64,000 nt of DNA from Tubiluchus corallicola (taxonomy: Eukaryota > Animalia > Priapulida). The stretch's first letter is position 1; the number at the start of each line of letters is the position of its first letter. A program made the translations under genes and the position numbers. Location: the NCBI GenBank assembly GCA_030141605.1, contig JAQGDQ010000001.1:496001-560000 (forward strand), read 5' to 3'. The notes under the pieces were generated by a model that saw nothing but the letters and a program-made list of their open reading frames with translations, was not told where the DNA came from and did no database searches. Positions 1 to 13,419 of the stretch are shown piece after piece.

Positions 1-121
1 TAACACCAACATTTCATACAGTTAACTAGTAATATCAATATACCTGATGACCACACAGTTAAAAACGGTCCGTTGCCATTCAACTCTATAGACCAAGGCA
101 ACAAACGTAAGTACACAGTGG

Positions 122-659
<538 letters not shown>

Positions 660-667
660 CACAGTGG

Positions 668-1410
668 GATTTGTTGGATTAACCAGTTGCAATGGTACAG
701 AACGTTTCCGGAATCACAAACTAAATGTCAGATAATAAAGCTACGGAGATGAATGATAAATATAAGATTTTGAACTGCTTACGAAATTAACATATCGATA
801 TTTTGATACAAGCATATTTCTAGAGGCTTGGAAATTGGCCCGAGTCACTCCAGTTCATAAATCTGGAGATACGTAATTATTGGCCAATTTCAGTGTTACC
901 ATTGTTAGCAAAGTAGTGAAAAGCTAGTTCCAAATAAACTGCTGAGTTACATAGATAGCTATAAACTAATTTGCAAAGATCAGTGAGGTTCAGCCGTGAA
1001 GCAGCTTTTACTGCAATTTTGATGGGCCCTTAATAATACTGATTCCAGATGTTACACAGGTATTATATATACTTATGTTAAAAAGCTTTGGATGTGTTAG
1101 GTTATAGCATCCTTCTTGGCTAGCTGCAATTGTGTAGAATTACAACTACAGGCCTTGAACTATGGTTCCACTCATATTTAAAGAACCACGTTTGTAAATC
1201 GTTAGATTCGTGAGACCGTTATCTGGTGCTAAAACCATAAAATCTAGAGTACCGCAAGGTTCCATCGTTTGACCTAAATTATTTTTACTGCACATAAATG
1301 ACCATCCCCCAAAAATAATACATTGTTACCGAGAAATGTACATAGATGACAGCGCCTTGTATGCAGGTGACTGCAATTTAAATCAAGTTCAAAGAACCTT
1401 CAAAGTGATC
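668..1410 (+). mobile_element. Degenerate non-LTR retrotransposon (CR1/L2/Jockey-type) reverse transcriptase fragment
   Basis: Frameshifted translation gives EAWKLARVTPVHKSGD, PISVLP, SRVPQGSI, LFLLHIND and MYIDDS, matching LINE RT motifs (WK.A.V.P..K.G, GVPQGS, YADD). Many stops and frameshifts. Confidence 0.8.
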
Positions 1411-1459
1411 CCAAAACGCAATCAAATTGCGAGAAAAAGTCAGAAGTTGGAAAAAGATA

Positions 1460-1720
1460 CGTTTGTGGCCATCTTGGCAGCCATCTTAGATTTCTCAATG
1501 AAACAGTGTTAAAAAGGAAATTTTACTTAGTGGGATTGACCATTAAAACCTACATCTGGGCCTATCTGCAGTAGAAAGTTCGATAAAGCTAATATGCAGG
1601 AATGGCGGTGTTTGCGACCGGCTTGGCAGCTACCTTCTTGAAATCCGATATAGAGTGATACTATTGGAGGCTAAAAGTATTAAATATGGATTCCTGCAGA
1701 TATGATTTTCAATTGGGCGT
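1460..1720. repeat. Repeat remnant with GCAGCCATCTT-type motifs (possibly Helentron/HINE-related)
   Basis: Repeated GGCCATCTTGG/GCAGCCATCTT/GGCAGCTACCTTCTTG motifs. The family assignment is inference. Confidence 0.3.
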
Positions 1721-2819
1721 ATAGTAATAACAGATCATCAATAACAATAATAATAAAGCCGTACAATTGACTTGGTTTTAATAGAACCTGAAGCAAATAA
1801 AAAACATGTTTCTTTCAAAAGGCAACTTCTACCATTTTCAAAAAGCGTTTTTAATAGTCTACACTCTCACACTGAGCAAAGTTCATTATGAATGCCACTG
1901 TAAGGACTTCTGCTGGGTTCGTTACTCAGTTAAAAAATCCCTACAGAAGTGTGAAGTTGGAGCTGTGGCAAGTTGATTATCAAATAGATAGTTATCAATA
2001 ATAAAATAATGCCGAGAATTAGACGGACGTGTGATTTTGAACGCTTTTTCTTGTAACTCAACGTGACAGTTCAATTGAAACACAAAATTGGATATAACGT
2101 TACTACTTCTGAATTCCGCAGAGAAACAGCGTTAGGAGAGGCGGAAAATCGAACATTAAATAGATCATAAATTTGTGAACAATTTTCTACATAGTCTACA
2201 CAATGCATATTCAAAACCATTAAATTGTACATTTTAATGAAAAAAAACGATGTGGAACAGATCTTGGTATTAGTAAGATTTTAGTGTAAAAATGTATGTT
2301 TGTACTTTGTACTCAGGCAGGCAAACAATCATTTTGTCATGCAGTTGAAGGAAATTTTGCGATTTCGATGAAAACCCTTTGGACTTTTTTTCGTTGGTCA
2401 TGGATATAAGACACTTAAGCATAACAAGCAAAGAGTCTGAAAAAGCATTACAGATGAGTGCAGAGATCTTTGTGACCGATCTTCACGAAACCCAGCGATT
2501 TAACACCTTTAAATTGATTTGATTTTTGCTTGTTCCATATTCTTTCTTTTGCTTTTGCGAAACACGAACTGTCGTACTCATCAAAAAAGCAAGGAAAGAT
2601 TCTTTGAGTACTAAGCACCCTGTTAGGTATTTCTAAATTAAAGTGTTGCGGCTCCTGCATTCTAATTAAATTAAGAAATGATTTAACGATTTAATGACTC
2701 AATAACTGTTTTGGTATGTTTTGAGTCTTATGGTGTCTGAAACCATTGACGATTGTGGTATTAAAGAATTTGAAAAAATCCTCTAGTATCACAAAAAGTG
2801 ATTACCGTTGGATGCCTGT

Positions 2820-3110
2820 GAACTTGTCTGGTTAGTTGTTTGTTTGTTTGTTTGCTTGCTTGTTTGCTCGTTTCTGTGTATTTATTCGTCTGCCTCTGTT
2901 TCTACATTAAGATGTTCATTCGACATATACCGAAGCGTGAATCGAGGGTCAGTCTACTTTTTCAAATCGTTTTGTTTTTATTTGATTATTCGTTTCTGTA
3001 CCATATTTATTTGTTTGTATATTTGCTTGCTTACATATTTATTAATCTGTCTACCTGTTTGCCTAAATGCTTGTCTATGTAAACGTCTTCTTACCTAACC
3101 TATATCTAAC
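2820..3110. repeat. Degenerate (GTTT)/(GCTT)/(CTGT) low-complexity tract
   Basis: Visible tetranucleotide periodicity. It explains the hydrophobic ORFs at 2808-3098. Confidence 0.6.
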
Positions 3111-4677
3111 CACGTCTTTTTCTCTTTAATTCACTATTGTTTTTAGTAAATAGAAAGCACGCATCGAGAAATTACGTAGGAAGATTAAACGTTGTGACGA
3201 TAAATTGGCCTATTCTAATCTTGGTGTAATCAATTCTGCAGTTTTTCACTTGTATAAAGACTGTGCAAATGAGCTGGTAATAATCTACGAAAAGGGGCTT
3301 TTTGATAAATTTGCTCGGATGTAAATATATGGTAACTATATAGCTACTGTAATAATTTTTGATGCTATAATCCCTCTAATCATGTGTCATAACCATTATT
3401 CTACTGCTGATTTTCGGTTTATGTGACGACTTATTTTTTCTGAGTGTCGCTTATATTTTTTACTAATGGATCAGCCATATTTTAATCTGCCTAGATGTAG
3501 CTCTACCGTGGTGTCTATGGACAATATAGGGCAAATGGGCTTAATTACAAACTGCGCATAATCAAGAAAGGAAAAATTATTTCTGTGCTAGGAGCGCTTC
3601 TGAAGCAGCCTAATTTAACCCTCCAATGATCCCCAAAAGACACGTTAGAACCCATTTAATCTTCCTGGCAGTATGTCCACCATAAGGGACATATTATTAA
3701 AAATAAGTTACGGTATCATCTATTACGGCGCATACAACTACTTTACTCCATTATACCTTACCTCCAGAATGCTTTAATTTCGCTAGAAAAGGTGAATGGG
3801 GAAACTCCACTGCTTTTTATATACATTTTACCTAAAATTAGATAGCATAAAAACATCAAGACGAAAGAAATATTTTATTCATCCCTTTAATGTGGCTATC
3901 CACACAATAGACTGTAGGGCATAGAATTGCGTTGTCAGTGTGTGGTTTTGTCGAAATATTAACCCGCGGCTTCGCCAATAGAAGGCCTGCACATTCCCTT
4001 AATTGTTTACAAGCTCCTCTTCTATTGTCAATTATTTATGGCTTCCTGGTTTACTTGTGCGGTTTTGTTTTCAAGCTACTTCAAGTATCGTCAACGATGC
4101 GGCCACTTTTAATGAGTAACGCAAATGTTCCTGACAGGTAAGCGATACAGCGCCTAGGGCAGATCCAAAATTTTTAAGTGTGCTCTAAAAACCTTACGAA
4201 CAAGAAACAGCTCATTTAAAAACCAAATGCCGGTCTGCGAGATGCGCTTACTGTCTGAAAAAATCCTGGTAATGTAAGTTTTAAATGCATTCAATTATTG
4301 GTAACAGGACTATTGAAAAAGTTATACAAATAATTCGGCGTTTTCTTCTTAAAGTTGATTCACTTCTTTTAAGTTTCAGGGCCACGAAGTTGTTAACCAA
4401 AAAAAAACTCTCAGTTACTTAAATGCTGTCGGTAAAGATTATTTTGATGACAATTATTGGATTTGGAAAGAAAACATATTATCAAGTGCAAGAACAAAAC
4501 GTTAGCAGAGTTCATGTCTCAAACAAAACATTTAATGAAACGGTTTAAATCAACGGCAACTGTAAGATTAATTTTTATTTTGGAGAACACTCTTAGGACT
4601 ACCTATTAAAAATTACTTGACAAACATTAAAATTAAATAAAAAACAACTTTACAACTTGTACTTTATTATATTTATT

Positions 4678-4709
4678 ATGTGTGTGTGTGTGTGTGTGTG
4701 CGTGCGTGC

Positions 4710-4783
<74 letters not shown>

Positions 4784-4812
4784 CTGTGTACATATATATA
4801 TATATATATATA
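4678..4812. repeat. Compound (TG)n/(TGCG)n/(TA)n microsatellite
   Basis: Read directly. Confidence 0.97.
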
Positions 4813-6258
4813 TTGATGAGCAAACATAATGAGCAATTTAAGCAGACATTTTGACTGGCAAAGATTTTGTTTTCAGGTGTCGGATATATTCCAGGAAAAA
4901 AATCTTGCAAATTTAATAAATAGTGGATGCATACGATGTATTTTAATATTGGAGATCATCAGTAGTTAACTACATATACCTAATTTGAGTAATTATCATA
5001 AGCTGTGTTCTGTCATAAGGGCTGCATGCACAGTAATTGCATACTCTAAATTTGTAATTAATTATTTCAATGCTAGAGAACAAGATAAGGGGTAATCTTG
5101 ACACAAATGTTTACATTATCTCTTCTAAAACACATAGGTGTCAACTATTTACTGCCCGGTTACACCAGATTGTCCTAATTATTACAGTAACGCGTTTTAA
5201 ATCTTTAAAATTAAACGTGATTCAATATGCAAGTTGCACTTTACAACACTCGGACTCTCTGCAGGAGGATTCAATACCTATCATTAATTATGTGTTGTAC
5301 GTTTTTTTTATTATCGCTGCTAACGGGTTAATGGATGTAATTCACTTTCTATAGAAAGCTTTTAAAGGAGAAATTCACAGTAACACCTGGAACAGCTGAT
5401 CATTGTAGGATTTTATAGTTTCACAGTTTTAGGCACTGGGGAAAATTAACAGGACAGGTCGTTCTTCTTACAATAAATAAGCAAGGAGTATTAACATATT
5501 CACATTGATGTCATCATTAAGTTCACGCAAAAAAGGTTTGCTCACAGAGTTATACACCGGAATCAGGACGCGTAGCTTAAGTATTGGAATTGATTCAGCA
5601 ATGAACATACTTGTTATGCATGTTTTCAACTCATATCAGGGACAGGAGTGAGTTCACAGTGGTATCTATAGCCATGTTTATTTCAATCATTTCACACTTC
5701 AGTCAGTTGAAAAAATATGATTTTTGTAATATGAGATTCCTGGTTCACAACACTGTAAACTATTGGTGAGAGTCACGGTATCCAATGAAACGATAGTGAT
5801 GAGCTGAAAGTTGAAAGTAATCGATACGAATTTTTAGGGATGGCTTTCGTGATTGTCTTGAAATTTCACACAGTGATTTGAAAAGGCTTTACATATTGAA
5901 AACATTTTTAACGTAACAGCAGAAACTAAACGAAACTAATAACGAGGACGATCAATTACTTTCTTTTCTTATCGTGTACATAAATGCCGACATTGAGAAT
6001 ATGTATTATAAGAGATAAGAGCATAGCCTTGACAAGGCTAAGGACTAGCTGCCATTTGCCCCACGTAATTCAAAGATGATGGTTTGCTTTATTTTTGAAC
6101 ATTAAATGTACATTAAATAGCAGTACTGCAAAGAAGTAACGGAAGAGATTTTAATTTTGTTAAAACTGAAAATGCATGTTGTACATGTATCAATAAAAAT
6201 CCTGAAAACTGTTTTTGTAACTTTTAATTAAATTTCACTACTATGTAGTGAAATTGTG

Positions 6259-6259
<1 letters not shown>

Positions 6260-6295
<36 letters not shown>

Positions 6296-6381
6296 AATAA
6301 TTATATATAAATCAATATATATATTATATGTTATATAATATATTATATAACACATATTATATTACTTTACATATACGATTT

Positions 6382-6418
<37 letters not shown>

Positions 6419-6504
6419 TAATTTTCTTAAAAATTGTCAAAAGTACCATTGAGCTTAAAGTAACATTCAATGATGATAAACAGAGCATTCAATGTTCTAA
6501 TAAC

Positions 6505-6554
<50 letters not shown>

Positions 6555-6600
6555 TAGTTGTAGTAGTAGTAGTAGTAGTAGTAGTAGCAGTAATAATAGA
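6260..6600. repeat. (TA)n, (AAT)n and (AGT)n microsatellite cluster just 3' of the GPCR
   Basis: Read directly: TA runs at 6260-6420, AAT at ~6498-6556, AGT at ~6560-6592. Confidence 0.95.
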
Positions 6601-6699
6601 TTCACTTTTACAAAATATAGATATAGTGACTGACTGACTCTGTAGTGAAAAACCGATTTAGTTATTTTTTTATTATTATAAATCGTTAATGATCACTTA

Positions 6700-7926
6700 T
6701 CACAAAGCGTGTGTGGCGTTTTGGCCGCTAGAAGGTTCACGTCTGTAATGGACGCAAGTTGCCCTCTGCAGACCTCCCGAGGACAGAAACCCGTTAGGAT
6801 GCGAAGCGGAATAGCTCTTATGAGACGATCGTTTGCAGCGGCACCTACCGTGCATTTTTCCAATAGCGTCTTGCAGCTCTTTAATTCGCGATGCATACAG
6901 GATAGCATCCAGCAGAGATTTAAACACAATTAACGAATTCACTATTGTCCCAGTTATAATTCGGGTCAACTCATCTATGCTACCAAGAGGCATAACGCAT
7001 TCATCACAAGTAAGAACGAAGTAAATGACAGCTGGCATCCATCCTATAATGTAAGAGCTGAGGAAGAGTAAAGTTGTTACTATAGCTTTCAATCTAGTCC
7101 GATAATGTATTGATCGATGGTATTGTGTCAGTTCATAAGCAGGGCTATTTATTATATAAACTATGTGTACGTAAATAAAAAGCATCAGCGCTAACGGTAT
7201 AAAGAACATAACACTTATGTACAAACGAAAAGGACGGTGTTGCAAAAAGGTCAGTCCACTGCAACCCTGAGATTGGTACCCCTGAAATGGTACCAGCGTG
7301 AAAAATAGTAGAGTCATTACCAACGGAACTATCCATGTCGCTGATATACATGTCCACACGTGGCTTTTAGTCATTATTGAAGCGTAGTGCAGTGGCTTCA
7401 GAATGCCAATATAATGATTGATTCCCAAGCCTAATAAGTGCAGGACAGAAGTAATCATGCCGCCCAGTCGGAATCCTTCCAAAGTCAAGGCGATACACAT
7501 GTCAGGGGGAGAAATACCAAACTTAGCCGGAAGCAGGCTGTTCACAACAAGGCCTATGCCAATAACCAAGGCAGCGTATGCATCAGCTGCGGCTAAGGAA
7601 ATACTGAAGCAGAGAGTTGGAGATTGTAGTCTTTTTACCCAACGAGATGCGACGAGGATGTACACGTTAGCTGCAGCGGCGACGATGCACAGCGCCACCA
7701 TACAAGGAACTATGATACTGTAAAGTTGTCCTTTGTTGTAAGCAGGTAGGGTCGGACCTTCAGAGTTGATTTCCGTAGAGTAGTTATTGTTTACTGCGTG
7801 AGTCACATTGCCAGTGCAGTTGCTTTCACAGTTAATGCAGTTTAAGGGAATTTCATTCTGCTTATGACATATCGCAGAACAGTTGGTGACCACATCCATC
7901 AAAGGCCATATTTTATCTCCTGGCAT
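6700..7926 (-). CDS. Class A (rhodopsin-like) GPCR with intronless CDS, ~408 aa, orphan
   Basis: Long ORF with 7 hydrophobic segments. Motifs: TM1 AAAAN, TM2 SLAAAD, TM3 end GINHYIGILKPLHY (DRY position), TM4 W, TM5 FFIP, TM6 GWMP, TM7 DAILY. The N-terminus is Cys-rich with N-glycosylation sequons (NCS, NCT, NVT, NYS). First ATG at 7926 (the ORF-track start at 7956 is GTG), with an in-frame TGA just upstream. Confidence 0.95.
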   Translation of the reverse strand: MPGDKIWPLMDVVTNCSAICHKQNEIPLNCINCESNCTGNVTHAVNNNYSTEINSEGPTLPAYNKGQLYSIIVPCMVALCIVAAAANVYILVASRWVKRLQSPTLCFSISLAAADAYAALVIGIGLVVNSLLPAKFGISPPDMCIALTLEGFRLGGMITSVLHLLGLGINHYIGILKPLHYASIMTKSHVWTCISATWIVPLVMTLLFFTLVPFQGYQSQGCSGLTFLQHRPFRLYISVMFFIPLALMLFIYVHIVYIINSPAYELTQYHRSIHYRTRLKAIVTTLLFLSSYIIGWMPAVIYFVLTCDECVMPLGSIDELTRIITGTIVNSLIVFKSLLDAILYASRIKELQDAIGKMHGRCRCKRSSHKSYSASHPNGFLSSGGLQRATCVHYRREPSSGQNATHAL

Positions 7927-8892
7927 CGCATCTACCTGGACATATACCACATTCACTCCAGTTTTGTTACTTCACTCAAGTTTAATCAAACCTTTACCAG
8001 TTATAATGTGCCAGAATAATGTTTGCAGTTTGCACTGTATGCCGAAAATAAGTCTCCTAGCAAATTATGTCTTCATTGACTGTACACATTTCCTCAAATT
8101 GCTTAACTTTCAACATTCTGGAAGAAAAAATACTTCGTTAAAAGCCTGCAAAGTTTTCAACAAAATGGCAATTCGTAAAAGTATGAGCAAATGTGTTCTT
8201 CATATGGTGACCTGGGTAAATACTCAAATACCATACCGCCACAGTCTGCAGGATTACGTGTCAAACTGGCGGACAGATGCAGTGAAACAGAAATGAAACG
8301 CTTACAGGAAAGTCGGAAATTTTGCGCCAATAATCAGTTACGTGCATTAAGCAAAGGAGCACAACATGTTCTCAATAGCTATTGCCGCAATGTGAGCACA
8401 ATAGAAAAATAAAGCGCACCTCATGCAAACAGTCAATTTTTTGTGCAGTAATGTTATGAATTTATTTTAGAATGTTAAATCATTCATTAGGAAAATAAAA
8501 TTGAAATCAATTAATGAATAATTGGCATCTGAACGAAAATTATTCCGTTCAAGGAAAATGACTCACCCAGCTTATATCTTGAATTTAATGTATGTATGAA
8601 AACATTTCGGACAACTGATTAATAATCGAAATTAAAGTAATAAGCAAAGTAAGATGTAACCACAGAATAAACTCTATGAAATTTAAGAGGCGGTTGGTCT
8701 ATATTGTTTCGGAATAGGATAAAGTTAAGAGGTAATTTGTAACTCATTACCATAGTCCACCGGCTACCTAGCTAATTAACAGGTGGTACCCCATTGTTCA
8801 TGACTAAAAATGCGGATGTCCAGAAGTCGATCGTGTAGGCACGAGGCAAGCTCCGAACCAATTTAGTAAACGTAGAGGACTGAAAGTAGGGC

Positions 8893-9710
8893 TGTGAAAT
8901 TTTGCAACAGTGACATTATGGGACCTTGTCCCACTGATAGTAAATGTACCAAGGCACTAGAAAGTCGAGATGTTTAGGTGGTCAGATTAATAGAGTACTA
9001 AAGAGTCAGAATGTTCTGATGACCAGGCACGGAGTGTCTTGCCACATGACCCGATGTTCAAAAGGACTGTGCACGGAGAATTAGGGGTTGTTGGTTCGAA
9101 TGCTGGTCGATGTCAAGAATGTGACGGGGTGGACTCTCAGATAGAAAACTCTGAAGGCAGGAGATCGTTTCTATTGCTCAGCGTAGAGTGAACATCTGCG
9201 TCGTTAGAATTCCAACCACTGAAGCTTAGGACGGTTCGAGATAGAAACAGGATTTAGCCAATTGAAGGAACTTGTAAGATTGGCCAGTCCCCGAGTTAAG
9301 TAACCTTATACATTACATAGTGTTGTTAAGTAATTTGTACTTAACTGTGGAAGATTGTATGTACTGATTAAATTAACAGTTGTCTCGGAATTGTAGAATA
9401 TTATATTGAATTGTATAGCGACACTGCAGTCGTGTAATTTGGATTACTGATTGTAAATGTAACACGCGTAGATTTATTTGAATATTGTTATTGTCAAACT
9501 GTATAACTATAAATTTGTCTAATCAATAAACCTGTATATCGTTATCAATAGCGTGTTCACTTTGATTTGTGCGATCTAGTATTACTCAGAAACCTTGCAT
9601 ACTCGTAGAGATACTATCTGTCACTCGAATCTATCATAAATCATATTCATATTGAAGCAGCTTATTGCGGAGCCCAGCTAGTAAGCTTGGGAGATACAGA
9701 TTACTTCACA
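8893..9710 (+). mobile_element. Possible solo LTR
   Basis: TGTGAA...TTCACA inverted termini (TG..CA), ~820 bp, internal AATAAA at ~9525, GC shift relative to flanks. The TSD is not convincing (GGGC vs ACGC). Confidence 0.4.
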
Positions 9711-11354
9711 ACGCGTATTTCGTGGTCTGAGGTCGCTCTGGTATTCATCATAGCCATTCCGACCCAGCCGAAGCTCCCGTAGTCGGGCAATTAATTAATT
9801 AACATTAATTGTCTAATTAGCGATCGTACTAACATTTCATTTGTTGAGGTAACAGTAATTAAAGGAAAAATGTGCTTCAGCGGTTCGTAAATTCGGGATG
9901 TATAAAACATCAGTACGTCAGGTGTGAATGAGACGCGGTGACATCTTTTTGTTATCACAAAATTATTAAAAGAAAAGGTGGGCATAGACAGCTTGGCATA
10001 TGCAATCAATGTAGTAAACAATCTGCGTTCTTCGAATTACACTACCACTCATGCGCACACATCGAACGAAAAAGTGTGTATCTGATCGTTTCGCGAATTT
10101 TATCATTACGCAATGCACATGCGGTCCCTTATCTCGGGTGACATCGGGCGTGTCTCTTACCTGTGGCCTCATTTGTTAATATTTGTTAATATCTGTAGAA
10201 TTACTTAGATTGAAAGGTTGGATTGGCTGAATGCTTAATAAACCATATTACACATGCAACTTGTGTAATTTTACTATATCTTTCTGTTGTCTGTATCTGT
10301 ACTTCAAGAACTCTTTAACTAGTACATTAGAAACAGCTTCTTTCACAAACAAAACAAGCCGGTTTGAATTTGCGCAGTAAATGCACAGAAAGTAAGACCT
10401 TTTTCATTTTGAAAATAAGCACATACTGCCGGTAGCGCAAAGGTGCCGGTCTTATTTTTTCTTACCGATCCTTTTTTCCTTCTCATTCTTCTTGTTTTTT
10501 GGTTTTGGCTCGTTTTTTATTTCTCTTTCTCGTATATGGTCATGTATATATTTATCCTTTTTATTCGTCTACTCGTTGTTTAATCTTCTTTACATGACTT
10601 CGATTAAAGACGAGGCGTTTAAATATTACACGTCTTGACTGACTACAAACAACTGCACGTAGCCTGACTGTTGGTGGAATATAGACACTAAAATACTACA
10701 TTTTCAAAAATTAACACATTTGAAGCTATATTAAGGCAAAATTAATAATAGAGTTGATAGTTTAATATTTCTTTCTTAGTTTTTAAATCGATAAACTGTC
10801 AGCTTGCTTGGAGCCATTAGTGTACAGAAAATAAAGGGCTGTGGAGGACTGTAGATTATACTGAAGCACTTAATAATTTTGATATTGAGAGCTATTCAGC
10901 TGATAACTCCATTAATTTACTACCAAATTACCGATTTATAAATTTATTCACAACACTATGGTTTCTTTCATCACAACATTCTTGATACACGGTTGCATAA
11001 CAATCTGTACAATGATTTTCACCAACAAATTTCCACTAATCTCCCATCAAAATTGCTATACTGCTGTTAGCAATATTCTTGGCCACCGTGTGTAACGAAT
11101 TACCAGCGGTTGTTTTGTATAATTAACATGAATCGATATTTCTAATGGGCGTAGACTTCCAAATGATCATACATGAAAGCTAAATTTAATGTTATCAGTT
11201 GTTTACAAAGGCGAGGATACATGCGTTTGTGCGAATATGCTCGCAAATTAGCAAATTTAGTTTCTGCCAGTTTCTCGATTTCCTAGTTCAGCGTTACATA
11301 TTTCTTCAAATTGTAGATAAACATCAAATAATAAATAATATCAAAAAATAAACA

Positions 11355-11440
11355 ATGGACGAATAAGTGAACGAACGAAAGAACGAATGAATGAATAAAT
11401 GAATGAAGGAACGAATGAGTGGATGGATGGATGAATATCA
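11355..11440. repeat. Degenerate (GAAT)/(GAAC)/(GGAT) tetranucleotide repeat
   Basis: Read directly. Confidence 0.8.
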
Positions 11441-13419
11441 AAAACAAGTAAAACTGTCAGCTTTTAAGACAAAGCCGCTAAAATAGCCGACTTCATGATA
11501 TATTCTATATTCAAGATTATCATGATGCTCAAACCGGCATGGGCGCGTAATGCGACTCAGGAAATCCAATATAATAATTATTATACAAATAAGATTAATG
11601 TAATATTCACACAGAACTGCTGATATAGTACACGGAAGCAGAGAAAGTGAATACTAAACAAGAATAATATTAATGATTAATGTCTGTTGCAGTAGTGCTG
11701 TTACAGTGGGTCATCACAAGAATGAAGCTGCTGCACAATTTTTTACACTGTGTTTCCCGTTTGATATTTTTAATCACTGAAACTTCGTTTTTGGAGTTGT
11801 CTAGGTTGCCATAATTTTTGCTGATAAACTTTGCTGACCATTGGATTTATGACACACATCTGGCTTAATTTTGCCTAATTAAAATTAAGTACTGCAGTAT
11901 TGTACGTAATTTGAATGGACTATCTATTTACATCATATTTATTCTGGTGTATCTCGTTTGCAGACCGATTCCGGACACGGCCTAGTATAGCATGTTCTAT
12001 GGATAAGCGACGGATAGTGGGGACTATAGACCTCCGCTGATAATTTGGCTGGTAGGTTATATAATGATGGTTGCTTATGGCATCCGATGAAATCTAGATG
12101 GAAATGTACAAGTAACTCATATGTGAGCTGTCCCTTAGCAGTCATGATCAAAGCTACTAACTGCCTCAGACGTGCCTTTATTGTCTTTGAACATTGATTA
12201 AGTAGAGAGCTTACTTGTGAGACCGCAAGCTATCCCTATGGATCATAGTGACCTATGATCTAAACCGTTTATCTGCGTAACGACAACTTCTCTGAGAATA
12301 ATGGCCTCACATGGCACACACGATAACACGCACTAATTTGCGAATGTGTGTGTAGTAGCTCATATAGCGGTTACTTCCATTACGCGTGGTTATCTACCAG
12401 TGTCGGTAATTTACAAAGGTACTTTGAGACACCTATCGTTAGTTATTGTTAAGCGGGAATCGAAATCTAATTAGAAATAAGGACACTAACAATGTAATAG
12501 CGACGTATAATTGTGTACTTATAGGTAGAAACTTATAGATACCTGTCGACTGACCTAGAAGCCAATCTCAACTAATTAAAATCTACAAACTTACAAAGTT
12601 GATCCATTCTGGCTTTCGCTTGTCGGTTTTGATTGACTGATGATGTTGCTTTTCCTAAACCTTGTGCGAAAAAGTAAACTATTTCTATCGTGATCTAAAA
12701 TTAAAGGTTTTGCAAACAACAGTTATAGAATTAGATCTTGAAGAACATCAGCTTTTCTTTGAAGGCCATAATTTTATTTCATTGAATTCGCATTGCTTGA
12801 TTACTTAGGAATTGTATTTCATAATAAAATCGGCATTTGTAACTTTTCGATTATTGACCCGTGCTTCAAAGGTCAACCATTTTTCTGTTGGACTAATACC
12901 ATTCAATTCGCCTTATAGAGATCTTTTATTTGATATATTACAAGCTAGTTTCGCCCGACGCTAGACCCGACCCCTGGCGACCCGTCTCGTTGTAACCTAT
13001 ACCGTTCGATTCGTCTCATCAAGACCTTTAGTTTAATGTGCTACAAGTTACTGTACTTGACACTAGAAGAATTTTGTTCCATACCCCTAAATTTCTGTTT
13101 TAGCCCATAGCAGACAATTGTTTATACACGCATGAATTCACAATGCACGAAACGGCGATCAAATCTAGGCGCATGCCATAAATTGCGACCCCCGTTCAAG
13201 AACTCTAGGCATAGACACTGAAAAATAAATGAATGCTAACCCACCCTGTAACTGTTGAGCCGCATTCCTGGGTCACACGCAAACATTTCTCTGTGAGTCT
13301 TTGTGTCTTATGAATTATGAATTGTGTCCCTAGACTTCTGCGCTTAAGACGTCACTAAAACTGGATATCCGCACTTTTGCATTTTGTCGCTATCACTAAA
13401 GTTTGTCAGACTAATGCAA

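Noticed and set aside
4633-4910. HTHTHT/CVCVCV ORFs (also at 50822-51151)
   Set aside because: (CA/TG)n microsatellite artefacts.
6328-6633. Poly-Asn/poly-Ser ORF
   Set aside because: (AAT)n and (AGT)n repeats in AT-rich non-coding DNA.
6700-6714. GPCR C-terminus THAL as a ligand for the neighbouring MAGUK PDZ domain
   Set aside because: Position -2 is His, so it is not a canonical class I or II PDZ motif. Proximity alone is not evidence of a functional link.
6693-7723. Short ORFs overlapping the GPCR in other frames or on the other strand
   Set aside because: Shadow ORFs of a real CDS with no independent motifs.
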